Virus record (IMG/VR): IMGVR_UViG_3300035659_000016
Location: 1-55,282 of that record
DNA length: 55,282 nt
Source: a virus
Taxonomy: Duplodnaviria > Caudoviricetes
Direction: 5' to 3' (one strand)
Shown here: positions 20,284 through 30,116 of the stretch, in pieces
Position numbering within the stretch: the first letter of the stretch is position 1
How the letters are laid out: each line of letters opens with the position of its first letter
Position numbers and translations under genes: made by a program
Notes under the pieces: generated by a model
What the model was told of the DNA's origin: nothing
Seen by the model: only the letters and a program-made list of their open reading frames with translations
Database searches by the model: none

Positions 20284-20911
20284 TTTCCTTCTCCTTTCTG
20301 TGTGCGAGGAGTCTTGCCAACTCCGGTGGCGGTCTGCGTCTACGGCCCCCAATGTTGCTCATAAGGGGTGTAGGCTCGAAGTGGTACTGTGGTGGTTTGC
20401 CGTCTAGCAAGTTACAGTACTCTCTGACCCAATACTCCGAGGCCATCTGGTGCTCAGCGGTGACCAGATTGTGGTCGCGTGTCATAGTCGTCCCAGTGAG
20501 AATCGCACCCGCCCGCTCTAGCAGTTCACGCGAACGGATGAGGGGAAAGAAACTGACCTTCTTCCCTGCAGTAGCCAAGCGAATGGCTGGTACAGAGCAA
20601 CAGATGGCTGCGATCGGCTTGAGCACGCCGTCCGCTTCTACGACTAGACGCTGGACGTCCTTGTGGTACCACAGAGACTCGGTGTCTTTCATGTTCCCGG
20701 AAACGACCATTAGACCCTCGTAGTCCTGCATCCGCAGTGCGGAGCCCACGAGGGCGGCGACACGTACCTGATCACTCAGGTCTAGTTCATCGGCAATGAT
20801 CGGTTCAGTCGCTGCTACAACGAACGTGTGCCCGCGCTCAAGCAAGACATCCAAAGTCATCCACAGCTCGTGCCCGTTGAAGCGGCGGGCGCAGATGACT
20901 AGGACTTTCAT
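20267..20911 (-). CDS. DJ-1/PfpI family protein (class I glutamine amidotransferase-like fold)
   Basis: MKVLVI....F...EL, DYEGLMVVSG, KPIAAICC, GKKVS.F, LERAGA, DHNLVTA. Confidence 0.85.
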   Translation of the reverse strand: MKVLVICARRFNGHELWMTLDVLLERGHTFVVAATEPIIADELDLSDQVRVAALVGSALRMQDYEGLMVVSGNMKDTESLWYHKDVQRLVVEADGVLKPIAAICCSVPAIRLATAGKKVSFFPLIRSRELLERAGAILTGTTMTRDHNLVTAEHQMASEYWVREYCNLLDGKPPQYHFEPTPLMSNIGGRRRRPPPELARLLAHRKEKENVARK

Positions 20912-21315
20912 CGCGTGAACCCAGCCTTTTGTGCACGATGTCGCTTCACGGTCGTTGCTGACATCTCTGGGACTTCCCCCTCCACAGGGGGCAGAGGTGC
21001 GTCCTCGACCTTGGCTAGGCGGTCGATGTTCAGCTTGGCTGCCTTGGCTGGGGTCTTCGGGTCGGCATCCGTGCGTAGTAGGTAGAGCTGACCACCACGC
21101 GAGAAGAGTTTGACTGGCAAGCCGTGTGAGCGAATGTACGCCGATACCGACGACGTCAGACTCACCAGACTCTGTTGCATGCCGGTGCGATCGATCAGGA
21201 CCAACACGTACCCAGACTCAAGGAACTCCTTAAGAATGGGGTAACTCACACGTCCACGATGGCCCGCGACCAAATCAGGAATCGATGCGGGATCCACCGG
21301 TTTGAGCAATACCAT
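20908..21315 (-). CDS. Hypothetical protein inside the que cluster
   Basis: AGGAGGT RBS before ATG 21315; stop overlaps DJ-1 start. Confidence 0.65.
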   Translation of the reverse strand: MVLLKPVDPASIPDLVAGHRGRVSYPILKEFLESGYVLVLIDRTGMQQSLVSLTSSVSAYIRSHGLPVKLFSRGGQLYLLRTDADPKTPAKAAKLNIDRLAKVEDAPLPPVEGEVPEMSATTVKRHRAQKAGFTR

Positions 21316-21365
21316 TTTCCTTACCTCCTGTTGTTGTGGTACTGTGAGAGCACACACAACAAAAC

Positions 21366-22088
21366 CTAATTTTCGACGCCTGGGAGTCGGGGTTGGTTGG
21401 TCCCCTGAACCCACAAGGCGTCGCCGTTATAAACTGTGGGATCGGCCACCTTGGCCAACTCGAACGCTTCGTGACGCTCCACACAGGTACCACAGCGACC
21501 GCAGTGTGTCGAGCCACCTTTGTAACAACTCCACGTCAACTCGAAGGGAACATGCAAAGCGGCCCCCGCCTTTACAATAGCCGCCTTGGTGTCACGAATG
21601 AACGGAGTGCTGATGCGCACGGGTGGGTCAACCATACCCAGGTTGCCGAGTTGGAACGCATGCTCTAGGGTGTCCATGAAGTCAGGACGGCAGTCGGGAT
21701 AGATGGGATGGTCCCCTGCATGCACACCCACGAAGACGACCTCCGCCTTCTCAGCCACCGCCACGGCATACGCGATACTGAGAAAGACCGCATTGCGGTT
21801 CGGCACCACTGTGATGCGCATCGACGCATCGCGATAGTCGCCTTCAGGTACATCTATCGTGCGGTCTGTCAAGGCCGAACCGCCTAATAGAGCCGCGAGC
21901 GACTTGAGATCGACGACGTTGAGGGGGCACTCCAAGGCATTGCAAATCTGCCCTGCAGAACGAAGTTCACGATGGTGCCGCTGCCCGTAGTTGAAGGCCA
22001 GGGCGTGTACTCTATACCCCGCTTTCAAGGCGTAGTAGAGTGTCACGGTGGAGTCGATGCCTCCACTAGTGAGTACGATCGCTTTCAT
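21366..22088 (-). CDS. queC: 7-cyano-7-deazaguanine (preQ0) synthase
   Basis: SGGIDS PP-loop, NYGQRH, VPNRN, YPDCR, TWSCY...CGRCGTC. Confidence 0.97.
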   Translation of the reverse strand: MKAIVLTSGGIDSTVTLYYALKAGYRVHALAFNYGQRHHRELRSAGQICNALECPLNVVDLKSLAALLGGSALTDRTIDVPEGDYRDASMRITVVPNRNAVFLSIAYAVAVAEKAEVVFVGVHAGDHPIYPDCRPDFMDTLEHAFQLGNLGMVDPPVRISTPFIRDTKAAIVKAGAALHVPFELTWSCYKGGSTHCGRCGTCVERHEAFELAKVADPTVYNGDALWVQGTNQPRLPGVEN

Positions 22089-24600
22089 TTTTACCTCCAG
22101 TGCCTGCGTTGGAGATGACAATTTCAGTGGCGAGTGGCAGCTTGTCGGGCAAGTCTAAATCCGCTCGGCGCGCTTCTTCCAACGAGACTTTATACATCCA
22201 ATAAGTCGCCCCTTTGAGAGTGACCGCTGTGCGACACAGTATGTACTGCCCCACCTGGGGCTTCCTCGGATCGATCAGGCGCTCTTGTAACTGTGCCTTG
22301 AGTGCGGGTAGTTCCAACGCGTCGCGACCGGCACGACGTCGCTCCGTGGCCCACCACGTGTAGGCCGAAGAGATCTGAAAACCCATCGCCGCTTCCCTTG
22401 GAAACCACGCCGCCACATAACGAGGATGGTCGTTGGTAGCCATGTCGTTCACCAACGCTTCGATGAACTCGTCAGCCAACAATGAAGTGCGCCCCGACTT
22501 TTCGACGACATTGAACAATGTTTCCTCAAAGAGACTACGCACGTACTCTGGCGTCAGAAGGGGCTGCCGCAGCCCCAAGCTTTCCAACCACAGTGCTAGG
22601 TGAATCAGCCCATGCACCCCAATAGCCAAGTTCTGTCGCACACGGTCCGGCATGGGCTGGTTCGCGAAAGCGTCTTGAATCGATCGGAGGGCCTCGGTCC
22701 ACTTCAAGGGCGCCTGAAGCGTATACTGGATGTAGGCCGCCGCGATGCGGTTGATCCCCAGGGTATCGATTTGGCGATGTGCTTTCTCGGCTGGTGTACC
22801 TAGGTCGATGGTCTCGGGCATTAGCCGTACTTGCAAGACGCGCTCCTTGAGCGCCGGGTCTACTAACGCATCTTCGCCGTCGACGATCAACGGTGAAGTC
22901 AAGGGATACTCTTGTGTCGTCTGATCCGCTCTACCTCTAGCATCCCGGCCACTATCGTACGCTAGTAACAAATAACGTAGCAGGCGTGGGGTGCTATGCA
23001 ACCGAAACTCACTCAGTGAAACCGGCAAAGCGTTCGTCGCACCTAGCAAGGTCAGTAGGACGAAATTGGTTGTGCCACTGTCGTACGAACGCCCATCGAC
23101 AACCCCCAGTAGGGGCAGCAGCACACGAGTGATCGTAACTGTCTTACCACTACCTCTCGTGCCGAAGATGTTGAGAAGCGGGTAGCGCACATTCAGGTCC
23201 CACAACAGCGGCTTGAAGGGAGCTGAGAAAAGCCAGCCCAGTACGGGGCCCATCACCTCTGGACGATTCAGTTGCCATAGAAGTGGGAACAGTTGTCGTG
23301 CTAAGGCTTTCACTACGGTGGGCTCCACGGTGGCGTAGTGTGTGTGTGGTGCTTCGCGTTGCGCACTCATGTAGTGCACAGGACGTGCGTCGCCTTCGGT
23401 AATCTCCGCGGCTGAAAGGACCTGATCGGTACCCACCCAGTAGTTCTCGAAGCGCCCCAACACACGAGTGGCCTGGATCTTGGGCAACCCTTTGGCTAGG
23501 AGTTGTTGCATTAGGTATGGCAGCAGTGCCCGCAACTGGCGGTCACTGCCTAACCACTGTGCTGCGGCCTGTGGCATCTGGCGGTTGAGATCGCTCACGG
23601 AATTGAAAGCAATCTTGGTAAGCACCTGGCTGGGCCACACAAACCCACTCGCATGCAAAACCCCTAGGAGCGCGTCCACTGCATGTGCGTCGGTGTGCTC
23701 GATAAGGGCCTGCGGCTCAAACGTGAAAGTACTAACTGGTACCTTGTCACCCCGTAGCAAAACAAAGTATTGGTCGTTCTCCATAACGAAGGGCCCTGCT
23801 ACGCACGCGGCTCCGCCCCCAGCAGTCTTGGCTGCTCGTGCTGTCGCGCGCTTCAGTGTATGCTCCCAGTAGTTGCCCCCTTCCCGCATCTTGTTACCAC
23901 ACGGTGCAACAGCGAAGACCTGGGTAGTAGTGTCTACAGAAACCCCAGCGCTCAGCATTGCAGTCACAACGGCCCAATCGCGTTCCGAGCGACTGCGGTG
24001 CCCCGAGTTACCCGATGTGTTCACGGCGTGATGGATCTCCACCGGAATCGCCAGGGCAGCTTGCAAATCGCCCCACGTATAGCGGTTGTCTTCGGCGGTC
24101 ACCAGGTTGCACGGTTTGGGATGTTGGGGGTCTTTGAAGTTTGTCGTCCCTGGCACTCTTAGGATACGTGCAACATCGTGAACCTTTGTGTCGCCACCTA
24201 GCAAGGTTGCGGCTTGCGTCATCCAACCTTCTGCCGCCTCGAAGTCATCGGGGCCCAAGGCCTCTGTCAACAACCAATAGTAGTGATACCCGTTACCGGA
24301 GTCCACGACCAGCGATGGCGGCAACGCAAAAGGGGGAGGCTCACGTGTAGCGTCGACATCTATCCACAGAGACAGCAGACGGCTAACGTTGCGTTTGCTC
24401 CCACCCCCCTTGGCACCCCTTGGTGCCACACCGACGTAGAGGTGCCCTGTGCCCAGAGTAGCTGTCGCCGCTGTCGCTTCGGAAGGGGAATGCACGAAGT
24501 GTGCCTTCATCGTCTTCGAGGCCGGATTGGGTTGATGTCTGAGCTCAATCCTCTCCTTCGCCTTGATCCCTGCAAATAGTAACGAAAAAAAGTCTTCCAC
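22066..24600 (-). CDS. Primase-helicase: RepB-like AEP primase plus DUF927-like P-loop domain
   Basis: WIDVD, DSGNGYHYYW, ARILRVPGT.N.K, SRSERD; Walker A GTRGSGKT. Confidence 0.85.
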   Translation of the reverse strand: MEDFFSLLFAGIKAKERIELRHQPNPASKTMKAHFVHSPSEATAATATLGTGHLYVGVAPRGAKGGGSKRNVSRLLSLWIDVDATREPPPFALPPSLVVDSGNGYHYYWLLTEALGPDDFEAAEGWMTQAATLLGGDTKVHDVARILRVPGTTNFKDPQHPKPCNLVTAEDNRYTWGDLQAALAIPVEIHHAVNTSGNSGHRSRSERDWAVVTAMLSAGVSVDTTTQVFAVAPCGNKMREGGNYWEHTLKRATARAAKTAGGGAACVAGPFVMENDQYFVLLRGDKVPVSTFTFEPQALIEHTDAHAVDALLGVLHASGFVWPSQVLTKIAFNSVSDLNRQMPQAAAQWLGSDRQLRALLPYLMQQLLAKGLPKIQATRVLGRFENYWVGTDQVLSAAEITEGDARPVHYMSAQREAPHTHYATVEPTVVKALARQLFPLLWQLNRPEVMGPVLGWLFSAPFKPLLWDLNVRYPLLNIFGTRGSGKTVTITRVLLPLLGVVDGRSYDSGTTNFVLLTLLGATNALPVSLSEFRLHSTPRLLRYLLLAYDSGRDARGRADQTTQEYPLTSPLIVDGEDALVDPALKERVLQVRLMPETIDLGTPAEKAHRQIDTLGINRIAAAYIQYTLQAPLKWTEALRSIQDAFANQPMPDRVRQNLAIGVHGLIHLALWLESLGLRQPLLTPEYVRSLFEETLFNVVEKSGRTSLLADEFIEALVNDMATNDHPRYVAAWFPREAAMGFQISSAYTWWATERRRAGRDALELPALKAQLQERLIDPRKPQVGQYILCRTAVTLKGATYWMYKVSLEEARRADLDLPDKLPLATEIVISNAGTGGKNESDRTH

Positions 24601-24627
24601 GACTACCTCGGGTTGTTATAAGTAAGG

Positions 24628-24660
24628 GTGCCTTGGGAGACCGCCACACTCCCAAGGCAC
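24628..24660. terminator. 12-bp perfect hairpin between SSB and primase
   Basis: gtgccttgggag-N9-ctcccaaggcac; weak U-tract. Confidence 0.5.
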
Positions 24661-24677
24661 GTATTCGACACTACGGA

Positions 24678-25130
24678 CTACACAGAGAGGGCTTCGGTCG
24701 CTTGCTCGGGTGTAACGTAGCGTGCGATGTTGTTGCGCATCTCGCCATTGTACTCGCGCTGCACAACAATCACCCCGACTTGCTCACCTACGTGCTGGCC
24801 GGTTGAGATCGTCACGCGACCTTCGACTTCTTCCCCTAGGGCTGTCAAGACTTGCTTGACACGGAAGGCGGCTTGCTGTTGCAAGGAAGGGTTGTCGAAG
24901 AGCTTGCGGCCCTGCATCTCCCGCGGCTTGTCGACGACCAAGTTGATCTCCAACTTGGGCTTGAGGGCTTTGGAGGTTCCGACTTCCCACTTGCTGATAG
25001 TCGCAACGTACGCACCTGCAGGAAGCGGTTCGAACCCCGCCACTTCGGACAGGTCGAGAACGAGGGAGCCCATGGTGGTGGGGGCTACGCTGGCTCTCTT
25101 TGCGATTGCTTTCTTCGGTTGGATTGGCAT
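24678..25130 (-). CDS. DUF669-like single-stranded DNA-binding protein
   Basis: FEPLPAGAY.A.I, GRKLFD, EYNGEMRNNI; follows AAA recombinase. Confidence 0.75.
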   Translation of the reverse strand: MPIQPKKAIAKRASVAPTTMGSLVLDLSEVAGFEPLPAGAYVATISKWEVGTSKALKPKLEINLVVDKPREMQGRKLFDNPSLQQQAAFRVKQVLTALGEEVEGRVTISTGQHVGEQVGVIVVQREYNGEMRNNIARYVTPEQATEALSV

Positions 25131-25196
25131 GATCTGCTCCTTCGACCCTAAAAAGGGTCGTGTGAGATTGACTGACATTGCTTGACTCGGGTTGGG

Positions 25197-25931
25197 TTAT
25201 TTGTTACGGCGTGCACCTCCTTTGCTTGGAAAGTAGAAGTCGTAGAGCTCTTGCATCGTTGGCGAGTCCATGACTCCAGGAATCTTGGCCTCACGATCCT
25301 TAGTCAGGTGTTGATAAAGGACTTCGGTGTGGAGCTCCACCACGCTCTCGCGGCTTACCTCCAAACAACCGACGAGGGCGAAGAAGGCCCCCACTTCACG
25401 GTTCAGCCGTCCACTGATCATCGGACCGGAACCTTTGGGCTCTTGAGTAACTGGATCGTAGTCCACCCCTCGTTGAGCCGTAGCAATGAAATGAACTGGC
25501 GCATCACGTAGCATACGCAGGATGCGTCGCATCCACTCATGTGCCCGAAGGTAATCCGCCTGCTCTGCAATGTCGGGGTCGCTTTCGGGTCTCTTGAGGC
25601 GACGCACACGTGAGGACTCGCCCAGCAGAAAGCGGTACAGCTCGGTGAGCGTGTCGAGAATGACTGTCTTGAACTTGCCACTCGCAGCCAAGTTGATGGC
25701 CGGGGTGATCTGTTTGAAGTCGACCACCGAGATCTGCTTGATGGGCCAGTCGACCGAGCCTGTGCCACGATCGAAGTCGAGAAGCAGGGCTGGAGCCATC
25801 TGGGGTACTTTTTGTGAACTCGCTGACAGGCGGGTCTTGCCTGTGCCTGTGTCACCGTAGATGAGCATTCTGAGGAACGGGGACTGCTCACTGTCCTCTA
25901 GCACTTGTAGTGCTGGTACAGTTTTTTGCAT
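25197..25931 (-). CDS. AAA_24 / Sak4-like ATPase recombinase
   Basis: LIYGDTGTGKT, LLDFDRG, TVILDTLT, HFIATA, KDR. Confidence 0.85.
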   Translation of the reverse strand: MQKTVPALQVLEDSEQSPFLRMLIYGDTGTGKTRLSASSQKVPQMAPALLLDFDRGTGSVDWPIKQISVVDFKQITPAINLAASGKFKTVILDTLTELYRFLLGESSRVRRLKRPESDPDIAEQADYLRAHEWMRRILRMLRDAPVHFIATAQRGVDYDPVTQEPKGSGPMISGRLNREVGAFFALVGCLEVSRESVVELHTEVLYQHLTKDREAKIPGVMDSPTMQELYDFYFPSKGGARRNK

Positions 25932-25958
25932 CTTTGCCTCCTGAGCAATGATAACTCT

Positions 25959-25990
25959 ATTATAAAACACCAAGGTGAATAACAAATGAA
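25959..25990 (-). promoter_or_regulatory. Class-2 promoter: TTCAT-TTGTTA-TTCAC-N10-TATAAT
   Basis: Same architecture and spacing as 30078-30109. Confidence 0.65.
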
Positions 25991-26019
25991 AATAAGATGA
26001 GTATTTTCTAACACACCTC

Positions 26020-27099
26020 CTAGGGTCCGGGTTCCAATAGGGGAACGTACTGCCGATCCTGCCCCGCCGGTTGGTAGAGTGTCTTCAATAGAACCTCGTA
26101 ATTGTCCCCACGTGACATGGCAATGCAGGGCTCCCTAAAGCCACACAGGCGACAGCCCACCAAGTCGGGGGTGGGGTACAGAACGGGTTCGCTTAGCATC
26201 ATCCGAGCCAACTGGTGGATTCGTTGTTCCGCCTCACGTAGCTCATGCTCGTTGCGTGTCACCACGCGTCGCCACACAAACGGGTTCTCCATCCCACTGA
26301 ACTCCTTGTCCTTCAGGTCCGCGATGACAGTACGTAGCGAACCTGCCCTCTCCGGCCACTTCTTTTCTACCTCGGGCAGCAGTTCCTTCAGACTCAGCCA
26401 ATCGGTGACGGCGTTGCCAATGATCTTTCCGTTAGCGTTCGGCACCGCGGGTACCTTCTTGCGAATTAGGGTGTAAACAACGCCTCGCACAGTGTAGTCT
26501 TTCAGGATATGACTCGCGGCCCACATGTAGAAGGACGCCTGCTCTGCGAGTGTCAGGTTGTCATCCGCGAGTTGCGCCATCGTCTTGATCTCGTGGATGA
26601 AGACGTCGCGCGGGCTTGCAGATGCTCTGTAGGTGCAGAGGCCGTCGATCCGTCCTGAGTAGACCACCTTGGCCCCGTTAAACAATGCGTTGAAACCTTC
26701 GAGGGGGACAGTGAACGGGGTCTCCGTAGCTAGGGACTTGAAACTTTGCAACGGGTCGTTGAAAGACGACCACAGCACGTAATGACGTAGCATACCCGTG
26801 CCGAGTTCGAGGAGTTCGTCGTACTGCTCCGCAGTGAGTGCCGCAGCCCCCTTTCTAGCCCAAGCCTTGAAGACCTTTACGGGATCGGAGCCGCGGCGGT
26901 AGTAGGCCTCCAAGGCCTTGTGAACTCCTTCACCCAGCCACAACGGGCCCGCCGTAGTTAGTGGGCGCAGGTTGCGTTGCAATGGCGACGTAAAGTACCA
27001 CTGTCGACGGCACTTGCGGAACTGTGTCATGTCACTGTAGTGAATTTGAATCGCTTGGGGTTGGGTTGCTTCGAGTTGCTGTGCTTGCTCGTTTGTCAT
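26020..27099 (-). CDS. PD-(D/E)XK Cas4/RecB-like exonuclease
   Basis: N-terminal C.R.W, G..VH..LE, GRIDG...HEIKT, Q...Y, C-terminal CRLCGFREPC. Confidence 0.85.
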   Translation of the reverse strand: MTNEQAQQLEATQPQAIQIHYSDMTQFRKCRRQWYFTSPLQRNLRPLTTAGPLWLGEGVHKALEAYYRRGSDPVKVFKAWARKGAAALTAEQYDELLELGTGMLRHYVLWSSFNDPLQSFKSLATETPFTVPLEGFNALFNGAKVVYSGRIDGLCTYRASASPRDVFIHEIKTMAQLADDNLTLAEQASFYMWAASHILKDYTVRGVVYTLIRKKVPAVPNANGKIIGNAVTDWLSLKELLPEVEKKWPERAGSLRTVIADLKDKEFSGMENPFVWRRVVTRNEHELREAEQRIHQLARMMLSEPVLYPTPDLVGCRLCGFREPCIAMSRGDNYEVLLKTLYQPAGQDRQYVPLLEPGP

Positions 27100-28562
27100 T
27101 TTCCTTGTCTCCTTACCATTGCGGTGGTGGCGAGGTTCTGGTAGAGCTGCTTGACCAGAGTCTCGTCGTTCACCTTGGTTTTGTTCTTCAGATTGGTCCA
27201 GATGACCTCATCGATTGTGTCGCGCGCTAGGATAAATGTGACCTGGACAGAACTGTGCTTGGAAGTGCCTCTGTGGATGCGGTTCACCAACTGCTCCAAC
27301 TGAATCGAGGACCACGGCAAGTCAGTGAGGATGAGGTGCTGTGCCATCTCTAGGTTGATGCCCTCGCCCCCCGTCTGTGCCGTCATCACCAATGTGTTCA
27401 CCTTGGGGTCGTGACGAAAGGCATTTACTGTTCCCGCGAGTTGCAGTTGTGCCATGCCGCCGACAAGGGAAACCACCCCCCGCCCGAGAGCCTCAAGCTT
27501 GGGCACCACCCGGTTGGCGACCTGCCGAAAGTAGGAGGCCACAACCCCTTTGTACTCAGGGGGCCAATTTCCTATCAACTCCATAACGGTGTCGACCTTG
27601 GTGGACACTTGCGGACCCCCAAACACGGCGGCACAGGTGGCGAGTTGTTTGAGTCGTGTCATCTGTGCCAAAGCGATGGGCGCGACAACCGTTGTGTTCG
27701 CGTCTAAGTAGGCGAGCATTGCGTTGGCCATCTCCAAGTACCACGTCCGTTCCTGGGTCGAGAGGTCCACCCACAATTCACGCCGCACCAGGCGGGGCAG
27801 TTGCGGTAGCACGTCCTGTTTGAGACGCCGTAGGCTCCAATAAGATAACAAGTTCTTTAGGGCCTTGACCTCTGCGGGATTGGGACACACGTAGGCGAAG
27901 CGGGTAAAGTAGTTCTGTTCATAGATACAGAAGCGTCGAGCGAAGGCCCAGAAACTCGCGAACCCGTTAGGCTGCATCCAGCGAAACATGGGCCACAGTT
28001 CGTAAGGCTTACCGTCCATGGGTGTCGCCGTTAGGGCCCACTGAATCGGCGCTTGCAGGGCGAGCAGCGCTCGTGTGTACGAAGACCTACGGTCGCGAAA
28101 GTGGTGTGCTTCGTCGGCAACCACTGCGGCCCAGGGAATGGAGCGCAACACAGGAAGCACAGGGTAGGTAGGCCCTTTGCGCGGGATCGGCTTGCCGGTC
28201 GCTTTGTCTTTGTGGCGCGTGGTGGTACTCACGGAAAGCGCTTCGCGATTCAGCAACACCCACCCGTGCCCGTCACTAAGCACTGCAGCCAGCCGCTCGC
28301 GACGTGTGGGTCCTGACCTGCCTAGCGTAATAATGTTCTCGGAGAGGTTGGGGGCCCAAAGCCGAATAGTGTCTGCCCATTCTCCCATTAAAGCTCGGGA
28401 GCACAGAACCAACTTAGGTCCCTTAACGCGCAAGCGTTCCAGAGCAGTAACAACCTGCACGGTCTTGCCGAGCCCCAAGTCATCGAAGAGTAGTCCGTGC
28501 GGGTGAGTCATCAACCACTGCACGCCGTCTTCCTGGAACGGCTTCCAGAGTTGTGGTGTCAC
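27096..28562 (-). CDS. SNF2-family helicase
   Basis: DDLGLGKT, DEAH, LTATP, LRRLK.DV...LP, GGEGINL, Q...RIHR. Confidence 0.92.
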   Translation of the reverse strand: MTPQLWKPFQEDGVQWLMTHPHGLLFDDLGLGKTVQVVTALERLRVKGPKLVLCSRALMGEWADTIRLWAPNLSENIITLGRSGPTRRERLAAVLSDGHGWVLLNREALSVSTTTRHKDKATGKPIPRKGPTYPVLPVLRSIPWAAVVADEAHHFRDRRSSYTRALLALQAPIQWALTATPMDGKPYELWPMFRWMQPNGFASFWAFARRFCIYEQNYFTRFAYVCPNPAEVKALKNLLSYWSLRRLKQDVLPQLPRLVRRELWVDLSTQERTWYLEMANAMLAYLDANTTVVAPIALAQMTRLKQLATCAAVFGGPQVSTKVDTVMELIGNWPPEYKGVVASYFRQVANRVVPKLEALGRGVVSLVGGMAQLQLAGTVNAFRHDPKVNTLVMTAQTGGEGINLEMAQHLILTDLPWSSIQLEQLVNRIHRGTSKHSSVQVTFILARDTIDEVIWTNLKNKTKVNDETLVKQLYQNLATTAMVRRQGK

Positions 28563-28819
28563 TAGGACTCCTGAGTTGGCGTCGCGACCTCCCGACGTAC
28601 CACCGTACCGACGTACGGCTCTGATAGAGAAACAGGAGGCTCGTCGGTGTGTAGGTGCAACGTAGTGGGCCCCATTCGGATGGTCTTGCTCCAGTACTTG
28701 TGTCCGTGGATTACGCTAGCGTTCCCCCCCACGGAGGGGAAACTGTCAAACTGTCGGCGCGACAGGTCGCTAAGACTGATCGAGCATCCCTGGTTCACTG
28801 AGATCGAAAATGTGGTCAT
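28562..28819 (-). CDS. Hypothetical protein
   Basis: AAGGAG RBS; tiles the operon. Confidence 0.5.
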   Translation of the reverse strand: MTTFSISVNQGCSISLSDLSRRQFDSFPSVGGNASVIHGHKYWSKTIRMGPTTLHLHTDEPPVSLSEPYVGTVVRREVATPTQES

Positions 28820-28980
28820 GGTTCGTTCTCCTTGTCGTCGTCGAGCTGGGCCTGTAGTTCATCAAAGGCCATTTGGTCGGCTAGACACTCGGGACAAAGG
28901 GTCTCGTCATCCTGTGGCGTGAAGAAGACACGGCACTCCGAGCAGCGGATCATTTTCTTGGTCTTCTTTGGCTTGGCCAT
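28816..28980 (-). CDS. 54-aa zinc-ribbon protein (CSEC...CPEC)
   Basis: MAKPKKTKKMIRCSECRVFFTPQDDETLCPECLADQMAF...; overlaps both neighbours; not in the ORF track. Confidence 0.7.
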   Translation of the reverse strand: MAKPKKTKKMIRCSECRVFFTPQDDETLCPECLADQMAFDELQAQLDDDKENEP

Positions 28981-29411
28981 CATTTACCCCTCCGCTTCTG
29001 GAACTCCGCGAGTCCCTCAGCCGTAAAGAGCCACACGCCAGTCGCATTCGAAGACCCTGGGACGTTCCCGCTCATCGCGAGTTTGCGTAGGTACTGGCGA
29101 TGCAGCCCGACTAGGGTCGCCGCGGCCCGTATCCCATAGGTTCCGTCTGCCGCTGGGCCGTCTGAGGGAGGGCGCAGAGGTGAGGCTGTGGCTCTGTGGC
29201 GCATGCTGGAGGGCGGTAGCCAATGCTTCGGTCCTCGATTCTTTTCAGGGATGGGTTGGTCGCTGAGACTCTCCTCGGGGATCCACGCCCCAATTTTCTT
29301 GAGGGGGAAGAAGACATCATAGAGTTTCACATCGGCTTCCAATCGGTGACCCCGAACCTTGCCCTCGCCGTAGTGGCGATGGTACACCATCTGCCGTAGA
29401 TTGAATGACAT
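28980..29411 (-). CDS. SH3/KOW-like N-domain plus excisionase-type HTH_17 protein
   Basis: VYHRHYGEGKV; YGIRAAATLVGLHRQYLRKLAMSG...G.WLF. Confidence 0.7.
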   Translation of the reverse strand: MSFNLRQMVYHRHYGEGKVRGHRLEADVKLYDVFFPLKKIGAWIPEESLSDQPIPEKNRGPKHWLPPSSMRHRATASPLRPPSDGPAADGTYGIRAAATLVGLHRQYLRKLAMSGNVPGSSNATGVWLFTAEGLAEFQKRRGK

Positions 29412-29441
29412 TTGTCGTGTCTCCTGATAAAAGAGATAGAG

Positions 29442-29483
29442 ACGGATCCGTTGATTGTTTTGGGATCAGATCAACGGATCCGT
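29442..29483. terminator. 14-bp inverted repeat after the 29494-29784 gene
   Basis: acggatccgttgat ... atcaacggatccgt. Confidence 0.55.
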
Positions 29484-29493
29484 TCGGCGAAGC

Positions 29494-29784
<291 letters not shown>

Positions 29785-29829
29785 TTCTGTTCACCTCCTT
29801 TCGGGTTAGGATTGTCGAACGAAATTGGA

Positions 29830-30071
29830 TTGCAGCGCACTCGGCAGACTATTGTCAGCACACTACGCCGATACGCCAGGTTTCTGATGTAGCAAGGCGT
29901 ATGTTTGGCCCACCGAGTGCGGAGGCGCCGCCGCTCGCCTGTTGTGATGAGCAGGGGCAGCTCAGCAGTCACTTGACCTAGGCCTTCCTGCCACCTGAGA
30001 CGAACGACGGCGCCAGTAAGTAAGGCCGCCCGCGCTCGCTCGAGAAGGGAGGACAGGAAGCCCTTACCTAC
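29830..30071 (-). ncRNA. Candidate structured RNA / long 5' leader with loop-loop pseudoknot
   Basis: Five helices of 7-17 bp, four with G-U pairs valid only on the - strand; starts 7 nt after a TATAAT. Confidence 0.65.
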
Positions 30072-30077
30072 ACCCCT

Positions 30078-30109
30078 ATTATAGTGGGTGAAAGTGAATA
30101 ACAGGTGAA
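30078..30109 (-). promoter_or_regulatory. Class-2 promoter: TTCAC-CTGTTA-TTCAC-N10-TATAAT
   Basis: Matches 25959-25990. Confidence 0.65.
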
Positions 30110-30116
30110 TGTAAGG

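Noticed and set aside
29830-30076. tmRNA, tRNA or SRP RNA
   Set aside because: Starts GGGGUGUA but has no T-arm/CCA end, cloverleaf or SRP domain IV motif
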